The notes below the pieces were generated by a model. That model was not told the origin of the DNA, did no database searches, and saw only the letters and a list, made by a program, of their open reading frames with translations. 64,000 nucleotides of DNA from Steroidobacteraceae bacterium (GTDB lineage: Bacteria; Pseudomonadota; Gammaproteobacteria; Steroidobacterales; Steroidobacteraceae), in contig JBKQSA010000103.1 of NCBI GenBank assembly GCA_052143815.1, positions 53,763 through 117,762 on the forward strand, written 5' to 3'. Below, one piece after another: positions 55,460 through 63,015 of the stretch. The translations under genes and the position numbers were made by a program. Every line of letters begins with the position of its first letter. The first letter of the stretch is position 1.

Positions 55460-56089
55460 ATGCCGAAAATCGTCGATCATGCGAAGCGCCGCGAGGAAAT
55501 TGCGCTGGTGGCTTGCAAAGTCGTTGCGGACCATGGTTTCGAGCAGGCCACGGTGGCGCGCATCGCGTGCGCCGCCGGGTACACCACCGGAATGGTGGCG
55601 CATTACTACGACTCGAAACAGGACATCATCCTCGCCGCTTTGCGGCTGATTCTGCTGCGCATCGAACAACGCCTGACTCGTGAGCGCGACAGTGGCGACG
55701 CGGACCTGCTCAGTGTGCTGTCGGAGGCTCTCGCGGTTGATGCCCAACGGTTTACCGAGTGCGCGTTTTGGATGGCATTTTGGGGACAGGTTCCCGCCGA
55801 CAAGAAGCTCAAGCGGCTGAATGCGTGGGTCCATCGCGAATACCTGCGCTTGTTCGCTCGATGCTTCGCCGAACATTGGCCGGAATGGTCCGGATGGTCG
55901 CAGAGCGCCCGCGACCAGGTGTTGCGCTCGGTGGTGACGTTCATCAACGGGTTGACTGCAAGTGCGGTGACGAGCCCGCGCGACTGGCCCGCAGCCGTGC
56001 AGGTCGCGCAACTCGAACTGCAACTGGCGCTGCTGCGCCGGTGGGCCAAAACGAAGCGCAGCAAAGCTTGCGCATCAAAAGGGGTGTAG
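55460..56089 (+). CDS. TetR/BetI-type transcriptional regulator
   Basis: REEIALVACKVVADHGFEQATVARIACAAGYTTGMVAHYYDSKQDI and AFWMAFWGQV. Confidence 0.85.
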   Translation: MPKIVDHAKRREEIALVACKVVADHGFEQATVARIACAAGYTTGMVAHYYDSKQDIILAALRLILLRIEQRLTRERDSGDADLLSVLSEALAVDAQRFTECAFWMAFWGQVPADKKLKRLNAWVHREYLRLFARCFAEHWPEWSGWSQSARDQVLRSVVTFINGLTASAVTSPRDWPAAVQVAQLELQLALLRRWAKTKRSKACASKGV

Positions 56090-56091
56090 CG

Positions 56092-57255
56092 ATGGATTTT
56101 TCTCTCAGCGATGAACAGCAACTCATCATCAAGACGACCCGGGACTTCGTGCAAAAGGAGCTCTACCCGCATGAAAAGGAAGTCGAAGAGACCGGAGTGC
56201 TGCGGGCTGATTTGCACAAGACACTCAAAGCCAAAGCCATCGACGCCGGTCTGTACTCCGCGAATATGCCGGTGGATGTGGGCGGCGCCGGACTCGATAC
56301 GGTGGCATGGGTGCTCTACGAGAAGGAGTTGGGTCGGACAAATTACGCGCTGCATTACTCGTGCGTGGGCAGACCATCGAATATTTTGCTGGCCTGCGAA
56401 GGCGAGCAGCGCGAGCGTTACCTTCTGCCGACGGTCCGCGGCGACCGGACCGAATGCCTTGCGATGACCGAACCGGGCGCCGGCTCCGACTTGCGCGGAA
56501 TGAAAACCTCGGCGGTGGCTTCGGGCGATGAGTTCATCATCAACGGCACCAAGCACTTCATCAGCCATGCTGATCATTCGGACTACGTCATTTTGTTTGC
56601 GGCCAGCGGGGAAGAAGCCACTGCGCATGGCACGCGCAAAAAGATGACCGCCTTCTTGATCGACATGGGTCACCCCGGATTCGAAGTGCGCCCCGGCTAC
56701 AAGAACGTATCGCACCGCGGTTACACGAACAGCATTCTCGAGTTCAATAATTGCCGGGTGCCGAAGTCGGCCATCCTGGGTGAGCTGCATCGCGGGTTCG
56801 ACGTCGCCAACACGTGGCTGGGGGCGACACGCTTACAGGTGGCCGCAACCTGTCTGGGCCGCGCGGAGCGCGCGCTGGATCTGTCGAAGCAATGGGCCGT
56901 CGATCGCGTTCAGTTCGGCCAGCAAATCGGGAAATTTCAAGGAGTGAGCTTCAAGCTGGCCGACATGGCGGTGGAACTTCGCGCCGCCGAATTGTTGGTG
57001 CTGGAGGCGGCCTGGAAGCGCGATCAGAAAATCGATACCGACATGGATATGGCGATCGCAAAGGTCAAAGCCACCGAGATGCTCGCGATGGTCGCGGATG
57101 AGGCGCTGCAGATCCACGGCGGCATGGGATTGATGAGCGATTTGCCGTTGGAACGCATTTGGCGCGACGCGCGTATCGAGCGCATCTGGGATGGCACCAG
57201 CGAAGTTCAGCGGCACATCATTTCACGCAGTTTGCTTCGCCCGCTCGGCGGCTAG
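56092..57255 (+). CDS. Acyl-CoA dehydrogenase
   Basis: MDFSLSDEQQLI..., AMTEPGAGSDL, QFGQQIGKFQGV and IWDGTSEVQR. Confidence 0.9.
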   Translation: MDFSLSDEQQLIIKTTRDFVQKELYPHEKEVEETGVLRADLHKTLKAKAIDAGLYSANMPVDVGGAGLDTVAWVLYEKELGRTNYALHYSCVGRPSNILLACEGEQRERYLLPTVRGDRTECLAMTEPGAGSDLRGMKTSAVASGDEFIINGTKHFISHADHSDYVILFAASGEEATAHGTRKKMTAFLIDMGHPGFEVRPGYKNVSHRGYTNSILEFNNCRVPKSAILGELHRGFDVANTWLGATRLQVAATCLGRAERALDLSKQWAVDRVQFGQQIGKFQGVSFKLADMAVELRAAELLVLEAAWKRDQKIDTDMDMAIAKVKATEMLAMVADEALQIHGGMGLMSDLPLERIWRDARIERIWDGTSEVQRHIISRSLLRPLGG

Positions 57256-57598
57256 CCTGACCATCACGATGGAGGCAGTTCTCGTCTGAATTGTCCTACG
57301 TGGGTCACTCACATCGGCCTACTGTATTCGCGCAGCCTTAAGACCCATAATGCACGGCAGTCTGGCCCAAAAATCTTGAATGTAGTTAGGATGAACATGC
57401 GACTCAACGAAACTCCTGTACCCCCCAGCCCGGAGGAGCCACCACTGGCGCCCTACGATCCGCCGCAGCCCGCGCCGCAGGACATTGCACGGCACAGGGC
57501 TCTTTGAGATACGCACGCGCTGACAGACCCTCTTCAGCCGAATCATTGCTGTTGCGCTTGACCATTGTCCGCCGCGCGCTAAGAGCGCCTGACCTTAG

Positions 57599-58495
57599 GT
57601 GGCGGGACTGGTTCCATCGCATGCGTGGATATTGAAACGCTTTGCGGCTTTCCGGGCGGTCCCAAGGTTCGCCCTCGTCGCGCTCATACTATTGGCCTGT
57701 GCACCGCGGGTAGGCTTCTCACAGACGCCGTCTCCGCTGCAAGAATGGCAATATTCGGGCGGCATCACCTTGTACAAGCTATTCGAGCCGACCGTGCCGG
57801 AGTGGCGGATCGAAACCGGCGCCGCATTGGAGCCGAGTCCCCTCTACCAGGGCTCGAAAACGTATCGGGTATTGGCCGGCCCCGTGATCGACGTACGCTA
57901 CCGCGACCTAGCCTTCGCCTCCGTGGGAGAGGGCATCGGGGCCAACCTCATACGCGGTGAGAATTATCGCGCCGGAGTTGCCGTGGGCTACGACCTTGGC
58001 CGGCTCGCCCGCGAGGATCTCACTCATCTTAAAGGCCTCGGCGACATCTCGGCGGCGCCGGTGGTCAAGCTGTTTGGATCGTATGTGATCTCAAAGGATT
58101 TACCGCTGGTGCTGCGCGCCGACGTGCGGCAATTCGTGGGCGGCGCGGATGGGCTGACCGGCGACTTGGAAGCCTATCTACCGCTACCCGGAAGTTCGGA
58201 AACGTTAGTGATGCTTGCCGGCCCATCGGTCACGTTCGCCGATCGCTTGTACATGCAGACCGTGTTCGGCGTCAGCCCCAACCAAGCGCTGGCATCCGGG
58301 TATCCGGACTACCTGGCCCACGGCGGTTTAAAAACCGCGGGTTTTGGCTTTAGCGCGACTCGCTTCATCGGGAAGCACTGGCTCATCAACGCCGAATTGG
58401 CGGTGAACCGGCTGCTGGGCAGCGGAAGCGAAAGTCCGATTGCCCAGACCAAAGTGCAGGGCGTTCTCGTGCTGGCGTCGGCGTACCAATGGTAG
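57599..58495 (+). CDS. MipA/OmpV-family outer-membrane protein
   Basis: Signal-like N-terminus, GAALEPSPLYQGSKTYRVLAGPVIDVRY, alternating beta-strand pattern, and a C-terminal ...ASAYQW. GTG start, uncertain. Confidence 0.78.
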   Translation: MAGLVPSHAWILKRFAAFRAVPRFALVALILLACAPRVGFSQTPSPLQEWQYSGGITLYKLFEPTVPEWRIETGAALEPSPLYQGSKTYRVLAGPVIDVRYRDLAFASVGEGIGANLIRGENYRAGVAVGYDLGRLAREDLTHLKGLGDISAAPVVKLFGSYVISKDLPLVLRADVRQFVGGADGLTGDLEAYLPLPGSSETLVMLAGPSVTFADRLYMQTVFGVSPNQALASGYPDYLAHGGLKTAGFGFSATRFIGKHWLINAELAVNRLLGSGSESPIAQTKVQGVLVLASAYQW

Positions 58496-58500
58496 CCTTA

Positions 58501-58638
58501 GGTCAGCGTCCTTGCCACCTCGGCGGTCGGTAGGCGGTAGCATCGGGGTCAGCGCCCGGTCCACCTTGGCTTGCGGTAGGCGGGTGCGTTGGGGTCAGCG
58601 TCCTTGCCACCTTGGCTTGCGCTTCTCCGTGAATGCCC
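58501..58638. repeat. 46-bp tandem repeat (about 2.6 units) that reiterates the 3' end and stop codon of caiD
   Basis: Units start at 58501, 58547 and 58593, each beginning GGTCAGCG. Units A and B are 34/46 identical by hand count. Unit C is the real gene end. Confidence 0.9.
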
Positions 58639-59371
58639 GCGTGCCTTCCTTGAGGTCCTCCGATCGAATGACGCGCTGTACCAAATCCAAGGAATCATGC
58701 AGTTCGAAAGCCTCATGTTCCGGGACCATTTCCGTGTGCCGCAACAGCTGCTTGATGGCAGGAAACAACAGCGGCGGGCCGTCGGCCAGCTGTCGCGCTA
58801 TCTCGCGCGCTTTCTGCATGGACTGACCTCTCGGAACGATATGATTGGCGAGGCCCCAATGCTTTGCCTCGTTGGCGTCCATCCAACGTCCCGTCAGCAG
58901 GAACTCCACCGCAACGTGATAGGGAATTCGACGCCGCAGCTTGATCGTGCCGGCGTCTGCCAAAACCCCCACGTTGATTTCCGGCAGCGCAAATTTGGCG
59001 TGCTCCTCCATGACGATGATGTCCGTGCCCAGAACCACCTCGAAGCCGCCGCCGCAGGCGATGCCGTTGACCGCGGCAATGATGGGCTTGTTGAGGTTGC
59101 GCGGGTAATTCAGTCCGCCGAATCCGCCGACGCCCCAATCTTCATCGGAGTTCTCCCCGGCGGCGGCGGCTTTGAGATCCCAGCCCGGCGAGAAGAAGCG
59201 GTCGCCTGCGCCGGTGATGATGGCGATCTTCAGCGCCGCGTCGTCGCGAAACGACGTGAATACGTCGTTCAGGCGGCGGCTCGTCGCGAGATCGATGGCG
59301 TTCGCCTTGGGCCGATCGATGGTGACTTCCAAGATATCGCCGGCTTTGACGATTTTTACTCCGTCCGACAT
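58595..59371 (-). CDS. caiD: Crotonobetainyl-CoA hydratase / carnitinyl-CoA dehydratase (CaiD-like enoyl-CoA hydratase)
   Basis: Collinear with remembered E. coli CaiD: LEVTIDRPKANAIDLATS, AIITGAGDRFFSPGWDLKAAA, KPIIAAVNGIACGGGFE and FTEKRKPRWQGR. Confidence 0.88.
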   Translation of the reverse strand: MSDGVKIVKAGDILEVTIDRPKANAIDLATSRRLNDVFTSFRDDAALKIAIITGAGDRFFSPGWDLKAAAAGENSDEDWGVGGFGGLNYPRNLNKPIIAAVNGIACGGGFEVVLGTDIIVMEEHAKFALPEINVGVLADAGTIKLRRRIPYHVAVEFLLTGRWMDANEAKHWGLANHIVPRGQSMQKAREIARQLADGPPLLFPAIKQLLRHTEMVPEHEAFELHDSLDLVQRVIRSEDLKEGTRAFTEKRKPRWQGR

Positions 59372-59388
59372 GAGTAAACCCCTTAAGG

Positions 59389-61470
59389 TTAGTTGGATTT
59401 GTAAAGACGAATCATCGTATCCACCGCAACCACTCCCTCACCGTCAGGGCGCACGATCACCGGGTTGACGTCGATTTCAATGAGAGTCGCGCTAGTGGCC
59501 GAGGCATAGCGCGCAATCTGCAGAATGCACTCCACCAACGCGCCGGTATCGCCCCGCGGCTTGCCGCGAAAACCCGTGAGCAATTTCGCTACCGTGAGCC
59601 GGCGTAGCGCCTCGCTGATCGATTCACGGGTCCATGGCGGCAGCAGGCTCACGCTATCCGACAACAGTTCCGTCAGCACGCCGCCCGCGCCGAGAACCAA
59701 CACTTGGCCGAATTGCGTATCCACGATGACGCCGATCAGAATTTCTGCAACGCCGTCCGTGGTCATTTGTTCGACCAGTAGAGTGTCCGATAACGCCGCC
59801 AGCCGCGCGCCAGCCGCGGCGGCCTCGGCGGTGCTGCGCACGTTGAGAACGACGCCGCCCACTTCGCTCTTGTGTTCCAAGTGAGCGCCGACGGCCTTGA
59901 TGACCACCGGAAACCCCAACGCCGCGGCAGTCTCGGGAACCTGCCCAACCGTCACCACTCGTCCGCGTGGGATGGGTATGCCGAAAGCTGCAAGCGCCTG
60001 TTTGCCCTCGGCTTCGCTCAAGCTGTAGGCTTGGCTTCCCGTGCCCCGCCTGGGCGGTACGTGAAGTTGCGCGCCCAAGGGCGAACGCCAGGCGGCGCCG
60101 ATGCCGCCCGCCAAGGACAGCGCTTCCAGCGCTTCCCGCTGTCCCTGCAAGGGAACGACACCGCCGTCGAAGCATCGTTTGCGAATTCCTGCGCTGATCG
60201 TTTCCGGCAACGAGGCCATGAGCGCTGCGCGCGACGCAGCGCCCCCAGCCGCGGCGGCCTGCGCGGCGGCGATGAACTCATCGATAACCCGGTGATAGGA
60301 GGATGTGTCCGCCTTTTGCTCAGGCGGGCAATCGAGCATGAAGCCTACCGCGTCGTAGCCTGCATTCAGCACCGTCCTGAAGACGCTGCCCAGCGCCGGC
60401 GGGTCGAACCACAGATAGGTATGGATGTCGAACGGGTTCGCCACCGTCACGCGATCGGTCAACAGTTCACGCAACGCCACCGCGCTGTCGTCCGGGATGG
60501 CGGCAAAGTCGAGGTCGAGGGCTCGTGATACGTCGGCGGTCATCGCCATGTCGCCGCCGGATGCCCCCAGCACCAGGATTTTCTTGCCGGGCAGCGCGCC
60601 GCCGGCGTGCAGCAGCTTCAGCGTTTCGCACAGAGAACCCAACGTATCGCAGCGAGCGAGTCCCGCCTGTCTGCAGAATGCCTCGAACACGGAATCCTCG
60701 CCGGCCAGCGCTCCCGTATGGCTGTGCGCGGTGCGGGCGGCCGCGGCCGTTCGTCCGGATTTCACCACCGCAATCGGTTTGCCGGCGGCACGCGCTCGGT
60801 CGGCCGCACGTGCAAACGCGGCCGCGTCCTTGACCCCTTCGAGATACAACCCGAAGGCAGTGACCCGCGGGTCGTCGCAGAGAATTTCGATGAGATCTTC
60901 CACCGCCAGGCGGCTCTGGTTCCCGACGGTGAACAAGCAGCCGATCGGCAACGAGCGGTCGTTGAACATCAGCGTGAGCGCGATGGTGCCGCTTTGGCAA
61001 ATCAACGCGACGCCGCGATCTCTGGTTTCGCCCACAACTTGATCGGGCAACATCGCCGCACGATCGAAGAAATTGACGAAGCCGTAGCAGTTCGGTCCAA
61101 AGAAGGGCAGGTCCCCGGCGCGGTTCAGCAAGTCCTGCGTCAAGCGGTGTCCCGACTCGCTGCCGGTCTCGGAAAACCCAGCCGTGAAGCAGACGAATCC
61201 ACCGCAGCCGCGAGCCGCCAACGCGCCGGCCACGGCAGGCGCTTCGTTATTGGGAACGGCGAGGAAGGCCGCGTCCGGAGCCCCGGGCAAGTCCGCAACC
61301 GAGCGATAGTAGGTCGTCGTTGCCGTCGAGGGCCGGGTGGGATGCACCCGCCAAAGGGTTCCTTGGTAGCCTAAGGCGACATTGCCGGCGGCAACCGCAT
61401 CGGTCCAGGCACCGGCACCGATCAGCGCGATGCTGCGCGGCGCGATGAGTCGCTGAATATCGGCAGTCAT
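59389..61470 (-). CDS. ADP(NDP)-forming acyl-CoA synthetase, fused alpha/beta type
   Basis: CoA-binding N-terminus (SIALIGAGAW...), phosphohistidine loop AHSHTGALAG, and a C-terminal ATP-grasp (GFPVVIKAVGAHLEHKSEVGGVVLNV). Starts at M109 of ORF 59389..61794. ATGA overlap with the thioesterase gene. Confidence 0.8.
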   Translation of the reverse strand: MTADIQRLIAPRSIALIGAGAWTDAVAAGNVALGYQGTLWRVHPTRPSTATTTYYRSVADLPGAPDAAFLAVPNNEAPAVAGALAARGCGGFVCFTAGFSETGSESGHRLTQDLLNRAGDLPFFGPNCYGFVNFFDRAAMLPDQVVGETRDRGVALICQSGTIALTLMFNDRSLPIGCLFTVGNQSRLAVEDLIEILCDDPRVTAFGLYLEGVKDAAAFARAADRARAAGKPIAVVKSGRTAAAARTAHSHTGALAGEDSVFEAFCRQAGLARCDTLGSLCETLKLLHAGGALPGKKILVLGASGGDMAMTADVSRALDLDFAAIPDDSAVALRELLTDRVTVANPFDIHTYLWFDPPALGSVFRTVLNAGYDAVGFMLDCPPEQKADTSSYHRVIDEFIAAAQAAAAGGAASRAALMASLPETISAGIRKRCFDGGVVPLQGQREALEALSLAGGIGAAWRSPLGAQLHVPPRRGTGSQAYSLSEAEGKQALAAFGIPIPRGRVVTVGQVPETAAALGFPVVIKAVGAHLEHKSEVGGVVLNVRSTAEAAAAGARLAALSDTLLVEQMTTDGVAEILIGVIVDTQFGQVLVLGAGGVLTELLSDSVSLLPPWTRESISEALRRLTVAKLLTGFRGKPRGDTGALVECILQIARYASATSATLIEIDVNPVIVRPDGEGVVAVDTMIRLYKSN

Positions 61471-61967
61471 TTGATTGCGCGGCGCTTCAATTCGATCTTG
61501 CGTGACCCGGGGCCCCATGCGGCGCGCGCATCGCTCGACAGTTTGAGGGATTGGAGTTTGCGCTCGATATCGGGGGGGAACGGCGCACTCGCCGGCTTCT
61601 CCCCCTGATGCACGTGCAGCAGCATGACTTCTCCGGTCGCCACGGTGTTGCTCGAGGGAGCAGACACGAACCGGCAGCCCATGTGAATGCGCTTGCCGTC
61701 GGCGTCCAGAATCGATGTTTCCACGTTGAGCTGCTCCGTGCCCTTGACCTCGTGCAGGTAATGCATGTGCAGCTCCAGCGTATAGAGTGTGCACCGGGTA
61801 CGCTCACGATAGGCGGCGTCCAGACCTAGATGGTCCATGACGTCGTCGATCGCATAGCTTAAGACGAGCCCATAGTACGCATCGCGCAAATGGCCGTTGT
61901 AGTCGATCCACTCCGGTTGAATCCGTGCGCGGTAGAGGGGCAGGGTGTGCAACGGGGTGAGGCTCAA
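61467..61967 (-). CDS. Hotdog-fold (4HBT-type) acyl-CoA thioesterase
   Basis: RIQPEWIDYNGHLRDAYYGLVLSYAIDDVMDHLGLDAAYRERTRCTLYTLELHMHYLHEV. The provisional TTG start overlaps the BKACE stop (TTGA). Confidence 0.7.
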   Translation of the reverse strand: MSLTPLHTLPLYRARIQPEWIDYNGHLRDAYYGLVLSYAIDDVMDHLGLDAAYRERTRCTLYTLELHMHYLHEVKGTEQLNVETSILDADGKRIHMGCRFVSAPSSNTVATGEVMLLHVHQGEKPASAPFPPDIERKLQSLKLSSDARAAWGPGSRKIELKRRAIK

Positions 61968-62863
61968 CGCAGTTGCAGCTTTTCGCGCGCCTGTGCAGCG
62001 GTGAGCACCCGCGCCCCCATGGCCTCGATGATGGTGCGGGCCTTTTCGACGAGCTGCGCATTGCTGGCGTACACGCCCTTGCTCAAATACAGGTTGTCTT
62101 CGAGACCGACGCGGACGTTGCCGCCCATCAACACCGACTGTGCCACCCACGGCATCTGCATGCGGCTGATCGCGAACGTGCCCCAATTGCAGTTCTCCGG
62201 CAGCGAACCCACCATCGCCAGCAGATGACCGACGTCGGCAGGCACGCCCCACGGGATTCCCATGCACAGTTGGATGAGAGAGGGCGCCGTGAGCAGCCCC
62301 TCCTTGATCATTTGCTTCACGAACCACAGGTTGCCCGTGTCGAACACTTCCAATTCCGGCTTCACGCCCAGATCCTTGGCGATGGCGGCGCCCTGGCGCA
62401 GGTAGTTGGGCGTCGATACATAAGCGCGATTGCCGTCGCCGAAATTCAAGCTGCCGCAATCGAGCGTGGCGATGTCGGGCCGGTACAGGCCTTCGTGGCA
62501 GAGGTCGATGACGTGCCGCATGCGATCTTCCTGGGTCACGAAGTCGCTGCCCGGAGCCGGCGTGTCCTTGAGGCCCTGTTCGCCGACGACGATATAACCG
62601 CCCATGCCGCAGGTCAGATTGACGATGACGTCGACCTTGCTTTCGCGAATCCGCTTGACCACCTCGCGATAGTGCCGCGTTTCCATGCTGAAAGCGCCGG
62701 TCTCGGGATCGCGCACGTGGATGTGCACGATGGCGGCCCCCGCTTGGGCCGCCGCGATGGCGGTGTTCGCGATCTGTTCGGGCGTGACGGCGCAGTGCGG
62801 GCTCTTCGTTACCTTGGTGTCATCACCGGTAACCGCACACGAAATGATGACGTCATGGTTCAT
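61964..62863 (-). CDS. BKACE-family beta-keto acid cleavage enzyme (DUF849; dehydrocarnitine-cleavage type)
   Basis: MNHDVIISCAVTGDDTKVTKSPHCAVTPEQIANTAIAAAQAGAAIVHIHVRDPETG and VIVNLTCGMGG. A GGGGGAG Shine-Dalgarno lies upstream. Confidence 0.85.
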   Translation of the reverse strand: MNHDVIISCAVTGDDTKVTKSPHCAVTPEQIANTAIAAAQAGAAIVHIHVRDPETGAFSMETRHYREVVKRIRESKVDVIVNLTCGMGGYIVVGEQGLKDTPAPGSDFVTQEDRMRHVIDLCHEGLYRPDIATLDCGSLNFGDGNRAYVSTPNYLRQGAAIAKDLGVKPELEVFDTGNLWFVKQMIKEGLLTAPSLIQLCMGIPWGVPADVGHLLAMVGSLPENCNWGTFAISRMQMPWVAQSVLMGGNVRVGLEDNLYLSKGVYASNAQLVEKARTIIEAMGARVLTAAQAREKLQLR

Positions 62864-63015
62864 TTGAGTTCTCCCCCTCGAGCGTGGATCGTAAGTTTAT
62901 ATTATCTTCATAATAATATTTAAGGAGCCATGCGGCAACTTCATCCTCGCGCCCGCTTCGACGGCGGACGCGGCTCGAGGTCCCGGCCGCCGCCTTGAGG
63001 CGCCGGTCGTCGCCG

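Noticed and set aside
53920-56790. Minus-strand ORFs 53920..55461 (513 aa), 55205..56023 and 55606..56790
   Set aside because: They are antisense to lcdH, the TetR gene and the acyl-CoA dehydrogenase gene, all of which have convincing motifs. No motifs appear in the antisense products.
57391-57507. 38-codon Pro-rich ORF (MNMRLNETPVPPSPEEPPLAPYDPPQPAPQDIARHRAL) in the spacer upstream of mipA
   Set aside because: It has no convincing Shine-Dalgarno and no recognisable family, and it is too short to evaluate from sequence alone. It would be worth a look only if ribosome profiling data exist.
58501-58638. Possibility that the 46-bp repeats are a mini CRISPR array
   Set aside because: The units are directly contiguous with no spacers and are only ~74% identical. 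One of them is the coding end of caiD, and no cas genes are nearby. It is a tandem duplication and not a CRISPR array.
61973-62923. 316-aa plus-strand ORF over the BKACE gene
   Set aside because: It is antisense to a gene with a strong BKACE N-terminal signature and a good Shine-Dalgarno. It has no motif of its own.
62930-62998. 22-codon ORF (MRQLHPRARFDGGRGSRSRPPP) preceded by AAGGAG
   Set aside because: The Shine-Dalgarno-to-ATG spacing is only 2 nt and the peptide is Arg/Pro filler. The region is better interpreted as the promoter/operator of the minus-strand BKACE operon.
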